Positions 37,365-49,114 of a stretch of DNA of 64,000 bases are shown in pieces (position 1 is the first letter of the stretch; each line of letters begins with the position of its first letter). The translations under genes were made by a program, and so were the position numbers. This DNA is from a plasmid, in sequence record NZ_CP088228.1, one strand, 5' to 3'. The notes under the pieces are model-generated. The model was not told the origin of the DNA and ran no database searches. It saw only the letters and a program-made list of their open reading frames with translations.

Positions 37365-37700
37365 TACGATCTCCATCAATAATATGTCCCCGCCCGGGGT
37401 CACAGGTTGCACCAGAAAAAGGGCAACAGGTTATCAGACCCGGCGGTTCCTAAGCGAAACTATTTTTTAATGACTAGTACCCAATCAGTGAGTTATCTCT
37501 GGTACCCGGCCTGAGTCGCCGGTAGCGGTATTGGGATACAAAGCGGAGCAGCCAGCTGGCCGTTTACCGAAGGGAAAAGATGAAGACGTCCTTCAGACTG
37601 CGCAACAGGGGAAGCAGCGTAGTCCGGAGTTCCGCCTCCTCTGTTCAGACAGTACCGGATATGACAGCAGCACGGCTGCCACCGGCATTACTGTTACGGT

Positions 37701-37717
37701 TTCTTGTTAAGTTATTA
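37701..37717. other. Perfect palindrome ttaagttattaacttaa between xerC-like gene and mcr
   Basis: Seen directly 14 bp from recombinase stop codon. Confidence 0.4.
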
Positions 37718-37730
37718 ACTTAATATGATA

Positions 37731-38807
37731 TTAAATGTCAGTCAGATTCAGGCGATCGCGGGCCGTGCGCAGGCGCGCTTCGCCGCGGCGATCGTACTGC
37801 TGGGTGGTGGTGACGCTGGCATGCCCCATCGCGTCCTTTACCGTGATGAGATCCTCGCCATTATCGAGCATGGCGGTGGCAAAAGTTCGCCTTAAATCGT
37901 GCGGGGCACATTTTGTAACCCCCGCCTGGCGCTGGCGGACCTGCAGGACGTGATACACCGCCTGGTCGGTCAGCCGGTCGTTCGTCAGGGTGTCAAAGCG
38001 GCGGATACGGGTGAACAACGGCCCGTCTTTTTCTCCCCGCACGTCATCGATCCACGTCCTTAGCCGCTGCCAGGTGCCCGCCGGCATATAGGCCAACCGC
38101 TCCTTGTTTCCCTTACCCAGCACCCGGAGCGCCCGCTCATCTGTGACAACGTCACGCAAATCCAGCCCTACCGCCTCTGACCGGCGCAGGCCGCAGCCGA
38201 GAATGACGGCCAGCATTGCCGCATCGCGTACCCCGATGCTGGAGTCATCGGCCTCGCAGGCACCAAACAGCGCCCGTATCTCCTCCGGCGGCAGGGCCCG
38301 GCCGCGCGGCAGGCGGCTGCCCCTAAGGTTACGCACCGCCCGGATGTGCTGGAAGCTCTCGACGTCCATGAGTTTCAGCATCCAGGCTTCCTTCGCCACC
38401 CCCTTGAGTGCCGAAAGATAGGTGTTGACGGTCGCCGTGGCCCGGCCGGTGTCGCGCAGGAGCTCGGTCACGGCCATAACGTGATGACGGCGCAGGCTGC
38501 CCCAGCTGCAGGACTCCAGGGACGCGGCGCCGAGCATGCCGGCAACAATACCGAGGAACGAGGCCATGGTCTGCCGGCTGCGGGGGGAATTGAGGGAAAG
38601 CAGGTAGGCCCGGGCGGGACCGACCGGGCTTTCAGTACCAACCAGCGCCGGCAGGAAATCCACATCAAGCGGAATGACCGCCGGTGGCGGGAGCTGCTCG
38701 GGTTCATCGTCAGGCATCAGTGTCATCCGGGGCTCCGTCCGGGCCGGAAAGCGTCCGGCGCGCTGCGTGAAAAATCGGGGAAAAGTATACGCCAGAGCGT
38801 ACCGCAT
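37731..38807 (-). CDS. xerC: XerC/XerD-family tyrosine site-specific recombinase
   Basis: C-terminal HDLRRTFATAMLDNGEDLITVKDAMGHASVTTTQQY catalytic region; N-terminal extent uncertain. Confidence 0.8.
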   Translation of the reverse strand: MRYALAYTFPRFFTQRAGRFPARTEPRMTLMPDDEPEQLPPPAVIPLDVDFLPALVGTESPVGPARAYLLSLNSPRSRQTMASFLGIVAGMLGAASLESCSWGSLRRHHVMAVTELLRDTGRATATVNTYLSALKGVAKEAWMLKLMDVESFQHIRAVRNLRGSRLPRGRALPPEEIRALFGACEADDSSIGVRDAAMLAVILGCGLRRSEAVGLDLRDVVTDERALRVLGKGNKERLAYMPAGTWQRLRTWIDDVRGEKDGPLFTRIRRFDTLTNDRLTDQAVYHVLQVRQRQAGVTKCAPHDLRRTFATAMLDNGEDLITVKDAMGHASVTTTQQYDRRGEARLRTARDRLNLTDI

Positions 38808-39031
38808 AGAGTCTACTTTCTCAAACGTACATTTTAATAAGTAGATAAAGCAGCTATCTCGCCTTGATACTGGTGGTATTGCTCTTTACGAAACCTAGTC
38901 CGTTCCCTTAGCGGAAATGCTTATAGTTCCTTTGGATTGCTCGGCGCTGTGCTGGCTTTAGCCGTAACGAATATGACGAATGACGTCTTTTTCAAAGTGG
39001 GCCAGATAACCCTGATTGGCCTTTCCGCTAA

Positions 39032-40227
<1,196 letters not shown>

Positions 40228-40486
40228 CTTGATGACTCGAAGATAATGACTGATATGATTTCAAAGAAGAAACGACAAATTTTGGTTGTCAATGGTGGCG
40301 TTTACGACCGGGAAATTTGCCAGAAGTAGCGTTGTCCTTGCCCTTGAAATGGAGGGGGAGAATCCCCTCCATCACCCCTTCAACAGGTATTGGCGCAAGC
40401 AGGAATCGAGTTTGAAGGGAGCTGCATTGCAAATTGTTTTGCGAAGCATCGCCAGTAAGATGGTACTCGAATTGTGCTTCATAACA

Positions 40487-41176
40487 TTAAAGCAGGGCCT
40501 GCCCTGCAAAATGACCAATCCCCATAGACAAAAGCATAGCCATGGTACTCCAGAACGTAATTCTTATGATCGCCCTGACAGGAGAGGCTTTACTCAAAAC
40601 CGAAGATATATAGCCAAGGACCGCCAGTGAAAAAAGGGTGGAAAGGATTATCAACAAAAAAGCCAGTTTCAGAGGGGAGAGCCATGCCACGATTAAGGGT
40701 AACACCGCACCAGCGGAAAAACTCAGGGCAGAAAAGACAGCTGCCTGTAGGGGCTGTGCAGAATTTATATCCGTCAACCCCAGTTCTTCACGGGCATGAG
40801 CATCCAGGGCATCTTTGACCATAAGTTGCTCCGCAACCTGCCGGGCAAGCTCTGGCTCCAGTCCACGTTGCATATAAAGTGAAGTCAGTTCCCGCACCTC
40901 TCCCTGATAATCAGTTTCCAGCTCCCTTTTTTCCTGGGCAAGTGCTGCGTTTTCGGTATCCGCCTGAGATGAGACGGAAACATATTCCCCTGTAGCCATT
41001 GACATAGCTCCGGCAACCAGTCCTGCAACACCTGCAAGTAAAACACCGGAAGGACTGCTATTTGCAGATGCAACCCCAAGAACAAGGCTCGCTGTCGAAA
41101 CAATTCCGTCATTTGCCCCCAGTACAGCTGCCCTCAGCCATCCCACTTTTTCGATACTATGTCGTTCAAGATGCAT
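40487..41176 (-). CDS. VIT1/CCC1-family (DUF125) iron/manganese transporter
   Basis: 229 aa; N-terminal ...GANDGIVSTASLVLGVA... and C-terminal TM bundle typical of VIT family. Confidence 0.6.
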   Translation of the reverse strand: MHLERHSIEKVGWLRAAVLGANDGIVSTASLVLGVASANSSPSGVLLAGVAGLVAGAMSMATGEYVSVSSQADTENAALAQEKRELETDYQGEVRELTSLYMQRGLEPELARQVAEQLMVKDALDAHAREELGLTDINSAQPLQAAVFSALSFSAGAVLPLIVAWLSPLKLAFLLIILSTLFSLAVLGYISSVLSKASPVRAIIRITFWSTMAMLLSMGIGHFAGQALL

Positions 41177-41310
41177 ATATTTTTTCCTTCAAATACGCAT
41201 ACTCATCGGAATTACGGATAAATAGAAAATGCATTGACGGATAAATGCGCGGTTATAGTCTGTTTTAGCCAACCATTACAGGGCATCTTATCCATCATAA
41301 ACCTACAGCA

Positions 41311-41892
41311 CTATTCGGTAACGGGATTTTTCCTTTGGCTACGAACGGTGAGGAAGATATGCAGCAACCCCATCGCACCATGTGCCCAGAAATAGGTTTC
41401 AATAAATACAGTCAGAAACTTATGCACATGCAGGACGGTTTCTGTCAGCACAGGTGACGTGCCAAGAGCAGTATTGAGAGCAAACCAGAATCCACCACAT
41501 AATGCAACGCCCAATAGTGCAAGTACACCAAGCCCCTGAACCAGAGCAGCAATCCCACCAGCATGAGCTTCAGGAAGACGGAATGATATCAGCATTTTGA
41601 TATCTTCAACCACACCTCGAAAATCAAGGACCACCCAGGCAAAATAGTAACGAAATCCTCGTTGTGTCAGCATCCATGCAAGCATGACAAACCCAAGGAC
41701 AATCAGTGATAACCCAGTGATAACATGGAACCATGTTACGAACCCAGTGAGAGTATAGTCACTAAGCGCATCGCTTTCGGTAAGGTTTGAATTAATAATC
41801 TGCAATAAAATCAATACAGCTACGATGATATGCAGCACCCGTAGAAATGGTGTGTTTTTGTGAGGAAGAGCATTACGTAAATTTTCGTTCAT
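41311..41892 (-). CDS. Cytochrome b561-family membrane protein
   Basis: 193 aa, 4 TM with conserved His positions; CybB-like. Confidence 0.55.
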   Translation of the reverse strand: MNENLRNALPHKNTPFLRVLHIIVAVLILLQIINSNLTESDALSDYTLTGFVTWFHVITGLSLIVLGFVMLAWMLTQRGFRYYFAWVVLDFRGVVEDIKMLISFRLPEAHAGGIAALVQGLGVLALLGVALCGGFWFALNTALGTSPVLTETVLHVHKFLTVFIETYFWAHGAMGLLHIFLTVRSQRKNPVTE

Positions 41893-42680
41893 AATTTAGC
41901 CACTTTTTTAAGGTTGGTTGACCACTCAATATTATGCCTTTTTATTAATGATAACCTTAACTTCTCAAAACCAAGATGCACTCAGTAATATCCAAACCAT
42001 GTTCAAAGGCCCAGTACTCGACAGGTAAATTCAGGTTCCTGAGTGGTTCTTATCGTCGCCAGATAGCCACGAAACAACGCAATGCTGTACAGAATGCTTA
42101 TATCTGAACGCTTGAAATTCCAAAAGCGACGTGGATCGTACGGCACTTAATCCGACGACCGATGAAGAGTGCAGCCATGACAAAATCCATTCACCAAGCC
42201 ACATTAGGTGACGTCGGAAATGATCTTCTTACGGCAAAGCACATGGCTTAGAATCCCTGTTCCAGCCTCGAAGAGGATACTGATGATTTATTTGCCGGAA
42301 AAAAGCATCTTAATGAGGGTCTCATACCGATGATGAAGACATTACGGGCATCAGTGTGTTAATCAACGGGGAGCAGGTCATCATGACCAACAAACAAAAC
42401 ACAGACTGACGCGTGACCACCAAATATAATTTGGCCCCCTGAATCCACCCCGCGCAACACCAATAGGTACTTAACTTATGTTGAGGCAACAAACTAAAAT
42501 ATGTAGCATTGATAATGCATGTTTGTTACCCCAACATTTTTATATGTATTTTGCAGATAAGATAACGTTGTGAAATTTCCTCACCAGTGCATAGCTATCT
42601 GCTTGATTACAGGCACGTGTATCATGTCAGTTCAGGGATATCTTTCCAGCATATCTACCTTCACCGAATAATTCCCGGTC

Positions 42681-43055
42681 TCAGTCAACACCTAGTTTAT
42701 TGTGGTATTTTCTCATCAGACTGCCTAGTTTCTGTGCTGCAATTTTCCCGGCGTCAAGACCTTCCTTCTCAGCGGTACTTTCAACGGCAGTTACCTCATC
42801 AATTAGAAGTGACATGCCTGCAACATACGTTTCCCTGTCATACCCTTCTACAGGGCTGTTCAGGATGGACTCTGCTGTTGCTTTCAGTTCCCGCATATCT
42901 TTCCTGAAGGATGTAACGTCCTCCTCCTTAAGTGCTGCGCGGTAGCTTTTATTCATCATCTTCATGGCATGTTCAACACCGTCAGAACCAGCCATTACAC
43001 AGGGGGATAAAAGAAGGGTGGCTCCTATCACAACAGTACGCATAATTTTTCTCAT
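42681..43055 (-). CDS. Cytochrome b562-like periplasmic protein
   Basis: Signal peptide MRKIMRTVVIGATLLLSPCVMA then four-helix-bundle-like sequence; start chosen at Met34 of longer ORF. Confidence 0.5.
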   Translation of the reverse strand: MRKIMRTVVIGATLLLSPCVMAGSDGVEHAMKMMNKSYRAALKEEDVTSFRKDMRELKATAESILNSPVEGYDRETYVAGMSLLIDEVTAVESTAEKEGLDAGKIAAQKLGSLMRKYHNKLGVD

Positions 43056-43172
43056 AATAGCCTCCATATTGTTTACTCTCGTTTTCACAGTCAGAAGGGG
43101 TAATATTGCGCAAAAAAATAACCCCTTCCCAATCTTCTCAAAAAACAGCAGCATTCATATTATTTTTCAGGA

Positions 43173-44111
43173 TTATTTGCCCCCGCAACCAGGACTATTA
43201 TCACCTTTAAAATAAGGGTCAACATGTGTCATAACATTTAAAACATGATGATTATCTAAAACTGATTTCCTGGCCAAAACAGCAATGTCATGTCCTACTT
43301 TCACTGATAAATCACCATCAATTTCCAGATGAACATCAACCACAACAAGGTCCCCCATTTTTCTGGTCTTGAGGTCATGGATGCCTTCGACCCCAGGCGT
43401 GGACAATAATGTTGTTTTTATACTATTTTCAGTTTCAATATCCACGGCCCTGTCCATCAAGTCATGAAGCGAATCTGACATAAATGAATATCCCATTCTG
43501 GTCACAATCAGTCCCACAACCAGTGCAGCTACCGGATCAAGCAATTTAAACCCTGATAAACTACCAATAATACCAATAGCCACCACCAAAGATGAGGCGG
43601 CATCAGAGCGGGCATGCCAGGCATTGGCAACCAGCATAGTGGATTTTACTCGGGTTGCTACTGCCAGCATATAGCGAAAAAGAAGCTCTTTGATAACCAG
43701 TGCGGCTAAGGCCACCCACAGAGCAACAATATGTACCTGAGGAATATCATCTGGTTGTTGCATTTTATTTGCTGCTGACCATAACATCCCGATGCCAACA
43801 ATGAATAAAATTGTCCCCAGAATTAATGATGCACCATTTTCATAACGATGATGCCCGTAGTGATGGTCATCATCGGGATTTTTTTTACTTTTATGATTAG
43901 CAATAAGCACCACAAAGTCTGAAACTAAATCAGACAGAGAATGGATACCATCCGCAATAAGCCCCTGAGATCCGGAAAATACGCCAGTAATCACTTGCCC
44001 GGATGTCAGAAAACAATTAACAAGCACACTAACCCATGTGCTTTTACGGGCCGCGAGGAAACGCTCATGAGAACTAATATCAATATCATCCGTAAGTTTG
44101 TTTACCTGCAC
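43173..44111 (-). CDS. Cation diffusion facilitator (CDF) metal efflux transporter
   Basis: 312 aa; His-rich loop HKSKKNPDDDHHYGHHRYEN and 6-TM CDF layout. Confidence 0.75.
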   Translation of the reverse strand: MQVNKLTDDIDISSHERFLAARKSTWVSVLVNCFLTSGQVITGVFSGSQGLIADGIHSLSDLVSDFVVLIANHKSKKNPDDDHHYGHHRYENGASLILGTILFIVGIGMLWSAANKMQQPDDIPQVHIVALWVALAALVIKELLFRYMLAVATRVKSTMLVANAWHARSDAASSLVVAIGIIGSLSGFKLLDPVAALVVGLIVTRMGYSFMSDSLHDLMDRAVDIETENSIKTTLLSTPGVEGIHDLKTRKMGDLVVVDVHLEIDGDLSVKVGHDIAVLARKSVLDNHHVLNVMTHVDPYFKGDNSPGCGGK

Positions 44112-44342
44112 CTGAAACTCCTAATAACAGCATCTACAGTTAATACTAAGCAGCCAATACTACCCGGCCAAGTTCAGTTTTGGTATATGAAATTTTGAGG
44201 TACTGTGGTGAAAATATAAAAATGGTGAGATTTATTCCTGTAAAGACCGCGCCATGGTGGCGATAACATCTATTTATCATAACGCCTGAACATTAATTTA
44301 TTCTGAACAGAAGAGAGAAGAAAAGTTGACAGTTATCACAAC

Positions 44343-45399
44343 GGCTTTGTTGAATAAATCAGATTTCGGGTAAGTCTCCCCCGTAGCGGGTTGTGTTTTC
44401 AGGCAATACGCACGCTTTCAGGCATACCTGCTTTCGTCATTTTGTTCAGCGCTCGTACCAGGGCCATAGCCTCCGCAACCTGACCATCGTAGTCACGCAG
44501 CATCAGTGAACCCCCGAACAGCTGTTTTACCCGGTACATTGCCGTTTCCGCTATCGAGCGACGGTTGTAATCTGTTGTCCATTTCCACCGCGCATTACTC
44601 CCGGTCATTCGCTGATTAGCCACTGCACGGTTACGGTCTGCATATTCACCGGGCCAGTAACCCGCACCTTTTCGGGGAGGGATAAGCGCGCTGATTTTCT
44701 TACGCCGCAGTTCATCGTGACATAGCCGGGTATCGTAAGCGCCATCGGCGGCGGCTGACCTGATTTTCCGGTGGGTTTGCCGGATTAACCCGGGGAAGGC
44801 CTCTGAGTCCGTAACGTTGTTCAGCGACAGGTCAGCGCAGATGATTTCATGTGTTTTACTGTCAACGGCGAGATGCAGCTTACGCCAGATACGGCGGCGT
44901 TCCTGGCCATGCTTTTTGACTTTCCACTTTCCTTCACCGAAGACCTTCAGCCCGGTAGAATCAATTACCAGGTGTGCGATTTCACCCCGGGTGGGCATTT
45001 TGAAACTGACGTTAACCGACTTTGCCCGCCTGCTGACACAGCTGTAATCCGGGCAGCGTAGCGGAACGTTCATCAGTGTAAAAATGGAATCAATAAAGCC
45101 CTGCGCAGCGCGCAGGGTCAGCCTGAACACGCGTTTAATGACCAGCACAGTCGTGATGGCAAGGTCAGAATAGCGCTGAGGTCTGCCTCGTGAAGAAGGT
45201 GTTGCTGACTCATACCAGGCCTGAATAGCTTCATCATCCAGCCAGAAAGTTATGGAGCCACGGTTGATGAGGGCTTTATTGTAGGTGGGCCAGTTGGTGA
45301 TTTTGAACTTTTGCTTTGCCACGGAACGGTCTGCGTTGTCGGGAAGATGCGTGATCTGATCCTTCAACTCAGCAAAAGTTCGATTTATTCAACAAAGCC
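44343..45399 (-). mobile_element. IS903-like element (IS5 family, 1057 bp)
   Basis: 18-bp IRs ggctttgttgaataaatc at 44343 and inverted at 45382-45399. Confidence 0.85.
44399..45367 (-). CDS. IS903-group transposase (322 aa)
   Basis: MKDQITHLPDNADRSVAKQKFKITNWPTYNKALINRGS... typical of IS903/IS102. Confidence 0.85.
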   Translation of the reverse strand: MKDQITHLPDNADRSVAKQKFKITNWPTYNKALINRGSITFWLDDEAIQAWYESATPSSRGRPQRYSDLAITTVLVIKRVFRLTLRAAQGFIDSIFTLMNVPLRCPDYSCVSRRAKSVNVSFKMPTRGEIAHLVIDSTGLKVFGEGKWKVKKHGQERRRIWRKLHLAVDSKTHEIICADLSLNNVTDSEAFPGLIRQTHRKIRSAAADGAYDTRLCHDELRRKKISALIPPRKGAGYWPGEYADRNRAVANQRMTGSNARWKWTTDYNRRSIAETAMYRVKQLFGGSLMLRDYDGQVAEAMALVRALNKMTKAGMPESVRIA

Positions 45400-45539
45400 C
45401 CGCTTCGGCTTTGTCTTTTTTATTCCCGGTCAGCACCACACTGCCGCCCGCTTCCAGTACCATGCGTGCCACGGCGAGACCCATGCCGCTGGTGCCGCCG
45501 ACGACAAGCAGTTTTTTACCTTTGAAAAATGTATTCATT
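45400..45539 (-). pseudogene. 5' fragment of short-chain dehydrogenase gene truncated by IS903
   Basis: MNTFFKGKKLLVVGGTSGMGLAVARMVLEAGG... (Rossmann GxxxGxG) ends at IS903 IR. Confidence 0.6.
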
Positions 45540-45603
45540 TTCAGACTCCATTACTGGTGGGTAAGACGTTGCCGGCAGCGTGAAACTGCCGGCGGTTGAC
45601 GGA

Positions 45604-46305
45604 TTAAATGCTGCAGCCATCCGTTCCGCAGGTCTGACCCGCTGTGGCTGAAAATTCGGTTTGCTGTTCATCCCAGACCTGACGCAGGGCATTCAAAAAG
45701 TTGTCTGCCCCCTGAGCCCCGCTGATGGCGTATTTCTCGTTCATCACAAAAACCGGAACGCCGCTGAGGCCAATAGACTGTGCGTGGGCTTCATCGTCGG
45801 AAACGGTGGCGCGAAAATCGTCATTTTCCAGAGCGGCTTCGGCGTCAGCTTTCTCCATACCGGCTTCTACGGCCATTGCAACGAGCTGCTGACGGTCAAA
45901 GAGAGAGCGACCTTCGGTGATACTGCCGTGATAAAAACGTTCTTCCACCGCGTCCGCAATTCCGGCCTTACGCGCGGCAACCAGCAGGGTGTGTGCATCT
46001 TCTGTATCACCAAACATCATGCCGTCAAAGTTGTAGATCAGACCTTCAGATTTACCGGCGGTGCCCACCTGATTCATCATCAGCTCCGCTGAATGCTGAC
46101 TGCCCAGTTTTTTAACGATGGCATCCTTAAAAGGCATAGCGGGAGTACCACCGGCCAGACGGTAGCTGTGATGGCGGATCACCACCTGATCGCGAAATTC
46201 AAAGCGATTCAGACCCTGTTCAAATCTTTTCTTAGCAATCCAGCACCACGGGCAGACCAAATCTGACCAGATATCGATGGTGAGGGTGGGTTTCAGCGTT
46301 TGCAT
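45604..46305 (-). CDS. DsbA-family (FrnE-like) thiol oxidoreductase
   Basis: 233 aa; CPWC active site (DIWSDLVCPWCWIAKKRFE). Confidence 0.7.
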   Translation of the reverse strand: MQTLKPTLTIDIWSDLVCPWCWIAKKRFEQGLNRFEFRDQVVIRHHSYRLAGGTPAMPFKDAIVKKLGSQHSAELMMNQVGTAGKSEGLIYNFDGMMFGDTEDAHTLLVAARKAGIADAVEERFYHGSITEGRSLFDRQQLVAMAVEAGMEKADAEAALENDDFRATVSDDEAHAQSIGLSGVPVFVMNEKYAISGAQGADNFLNALRQVWDEQQTEFSATAGQTCGTDGCSI

Positions 46306-46370
46306 AATGATTCCTCAAAGACCTTGGGCGGTCGGGTCTCACTTATCAGAGAACCGCGACCGTATGGGAT

Positions 46371-47477
46371 TTATTGCGCCTGCCAGACCGGGTAATCGGT
46401 ATAGCCTTTTTCCGGGGAACCACTGACGCCGTAGTAGGTGGCGCGGTCACTTTCTGCCAGTGGCCAGCCGTTTTGCATTCTTTCAACCAGATCCGGGTTA
46501 GCGATGTAGGGCACACCAAATGCCACCAGATCCAGCTCATCATCTTCCAGAGCCTGCTCTGCGATATCACGGGTGAAACCGCCGGCAGCGATGATGGTGC
46601 CTTTAAACGTGTTGCGAAAACGGCGGCGGAATCCTTCCGGAAGTGGCGCTTTGGTGTACACCGGCTGATAGTAAAGGTGTACGTAAGCCAGCTCCCGCTG
46701 ACCGAGCGCGTCGGTGATGGCTGACCAGGTTTGCTCTTCACCTTCATACGGCGCGAGGTCATAAATGCGGCCGAACGGTGACAGGCGCACGGCAACGTGG
46801 CTGTTACCCACGGCTTCCGCCACGGCGTCAATGGTCTCCAGCAGGAAACGCTGACGATTTTCCACCGAGCCGCCGTATTCGTCAGTGCGGGTGTTCAGTT
46901 CGCTACTGAGGAACTGGTCAAAGATGAATCCGTTTGCAGCCATGATTTCCACACCGTCAAAGCCGGCTTCCATCGCCAGGCGTGCGGAGTGCACGAAGTC
47001 TGCAGTGATGCGTTTCACTTCATGCGTTTCCAGCGCGCGTGGCTGGCTTGGTACAACCGGGCCCGGTTCTCCGGATTCGGTCAGCGCAAAAACGGTGGTA
47101 TTGACCGCCTGAACGGTGCCCGCTGAAACCGGCGCTATGTGGCCTGGCTGAAGAGAGACGTGAGACATACGGCCGACGTGCCAGAGCTGCGCGAAAATAC
47201 GGCCACCTTTGGCGTGAACCGCTTGTGTCACCTTACGCCAGCCCTGGACGTGTTCGTCGTTGTAGATACCAGGGGTATAGAGGTAACCCCGGCCTTCTTC
47301 TGAAACCGGCATCCCTTCGGTGATGAGCAGGCCAGCAGAAGCACGATGTGCATAGTACAAAGCCACGACCTCATCCGGCACGTCATTCATGGTGCGGGTG
47401 CGGGTCATCGGTGCCATGACTACACGGTTTTTTAACGCCAGGCCAGACAGATTGTAGGGGGTGAAAAGCTTACTCAT
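46371..47477 (-). CDS. Old Yellow Enzyme family NADH:flavin oxidoreductase / alkene reductase
   Basis: MSKLFTPYNLSGLALKNRVVMAPMTRTR... OYE N-terminus; start at Met17 of longer ORF. Confidence 0.8.
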   Translation of the reverse strand: MSKLFTPYNLSGLALKNRVVMAPMTRTRTMNDVPDEVVALYYAHRASAGLLITEGMPVSEEGRGYLYTPGIYNDEHVQGWRKVTQAVHAKGGRIFAQLWHVGRMSHVSLQPGHIAPVSAGTVQAVNTTVFALTESGEPGPVVPSQPRALETHEVKRITADFVHSARLAMEAGFDGVEIMAANGFIFDQFLSSELNTRTDEYGGSVENRQRFLLETIDAVAEAVGNSHVAVRLSPFGRIYDLAPYEGEEQTWSAITDALGQRELAYVHLYYQPVYTKAPLPEGFRRRFRNTFKGTIIAAGGFTRDIAEQALEDDELDLVAFGVPYIANPDLVERMQNGWPLAESDRATYYGVSGSPEKGYTDYPVWQAQ

Positions 47478-47689
47478 CGTATACCTCACAGAAACAAAAA
47501 GGAGTATCCCGGCAGGGATTTGCACAACCCGGAAGTATCATCGACCGGACGTCGCGCACTGGAGTTGCATAAACATCTGATGGATGGCAATATACCAACC
47601 ATCTAGTAGGTAGGTCAACGGGTGTGCCGTATTTTTTTGTCATAACGCAGCCATTTCTGAATTGTCACTCATTTTGCGAGGTCATCACC

Positions 47690-48019
47690 ATGCGTACATT
47701 AACAGCTTATAACGAAGATAATTTCCGCCAGATAGAGCAGTACAAAGGAATATCGGTGGTACGTTTCTCTGCACCCTGGTGTCCGCCCTGTCAGGCCAGC
47801 GAAGAAATGTTCAGTCAGTTTGCAGACCGGCTCGATGGAGATATTCAGGTGGGGAAAGTCAATGTAGATCAGGCGCCGGTGCTGACAACCAAATACGAGA
47901 TCTGGGGGCTGCCGTCTGTGCTGATATTTCATGAAGGGCAATTAGTTAAACGCATACCGGGTGTGAAACCTGCATCGGTATATGCTCAGGCGATTGCGGA
48001 CATAAAAAAAGGGCAGTAA
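47690..48019 (+). CDS. Thioredoxin-like protein with atypical WCPPC active site
   Basis: 109 aa; FSAPWCPPCQ in place of canonical WCGPC. Confidence 0.7.
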   Translation: MRTLTAYNEDNFRQIEQYKGISVVRFSAPWCPPCQASEEMFSQFADRLDGDIQVGKVNVDQAPVLTTKYEIWGLPSVLIFHEGQLVKRIPGVKPASVYAQAIADIKKGQ

Positions 48020-48048
48020 TGCCCTTTTAACGTGGAATTTATTAATGC

Positions 48049-48387
48049 TTAACCGCGTGCCTGACCGACGGCATCCAGAGTGCGGGCTGAATAAATGACC
48101 GCCGCGCCAGCGTTGAGGTTAATCGCCACGCCCAGCGCTTCAGCAATTTCAGCGTCGGTTGCACCGGCTTTCACAGCGGCGTCGGCGTGAAAAGCAATAC
48201 AGCCGTCGCAGCGGGTTGTGACTGCGCACGCCAGGGCAATGAGTTCACGCACTTTTGCGCCCAAAAGGTCAGTTTTGTTACCTGCGTTGCCCAGGGCAAC
48301 CACGCCTTTCATGGTCTCGGGGGTCAGTTTGCCCAACTCGCCTAAACGTTGCATTAACTCTGAGCGATAGTTGTTCCAGTCCAGCAT
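48049..48387 (-). CDS. Carboxymuconolactone decarboxylase/AhpD-like family protein
   Basis: 112 aa with CxxC-like TRCDGCIAFH motif typical of AhpD/CMD. Confidence 0.6.
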   Translation of the reverse strand: MLDWNNYRSELMQRLGELGKLTPETMKGVVALGNAGNKTDLLGAKVRELIALACAVTTRCDGCIAFHADAAVKAGATDAEIAEALGVAINLNAGAAVIYSARTLDAVGQARG

Positions 48388-48391
48388 AGTG

Positions 48392-48973
48392 TCATTCTCC
48401 TGAATGAGGGGTATTAAGAAGCAGTTTTATATACTTAAGGCTGTTGGCGAAGACTTCGGGTCTGGCCGTTGCATGCGCCACTACGCTTGAGCCTTCACAG
48501 ACATTAATGATCATCAAAGCAATATCTGATGGTTCGGCATGGGATGAAAACTCACCTGACTCCATGCCCGCCCTGACGACTTTTGTGAGCCACTCGATTT
48601 GCATATCGAAATAAAGTGATGTCTGTACAGTAATTGCCTGAGGCAGATTGGCGGTCTCTGCTGACAACGCACAACACAGTGGCAGTAGTGAAGCTTTATG
48701 GCTTTGCGCGAAGATATCGATGTAGGCCGCAATTCTTTTCTCCGCGCTTTTCTCAGTAGCCTCTATCTGCTCAAATACGCGTTGCGTATCAGAGAACGCC
48801 TGTATTACCACCTGCTCACCCAGAATATCTTTGGTCGGGAAATGGTGATGAATACTGGCCTTGGTGATACCCACTATTTTTGATAAATCAGCATAGCTGA
48901 ATGCTGAATACCCTTTTTCGCGCATCAGGTGTTCTGCTTCGCTGAGCAGCCGTTCCCGTGTCATGGTTGTCAT
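48392..48973 (-). CDS. TetR-family transcriptional regulator
   Basis: N-terminal HTH ...GYSAFSYADLSKIVGITKASIHHHFPTKD... Confidence 0.8.
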   Translation of the reverse strand: MTTMTRERLLSEAEHLMREKGYSAFSYADLSKIVGITKASIHHHFPTKDILGEQVVIQAFSDTQRVFEQIEATEKSAEKRIAAYIDIFAQSHKASLLPLCCALSAETANLPQAITVQTSLYFDMQIEWLTKVVRAGMESGEFSSHAEPSDIALMIINVCEGSSVVAHATARPEVFANSLKYIKLLLNTPHSGE

Positions 48974-49114
48974 AATTACTCCATATAATCTACTAGTTGA
49001 TAGATTATATTGTTGCTATTTTTCCGTAGCAAGTTGTATCACTGACTCAGTATCGTGCAGAGCTGAACGTCACTGCCATCCTGCATTCTGAATGGCAGCA
49101 TTACATCTCTGACA

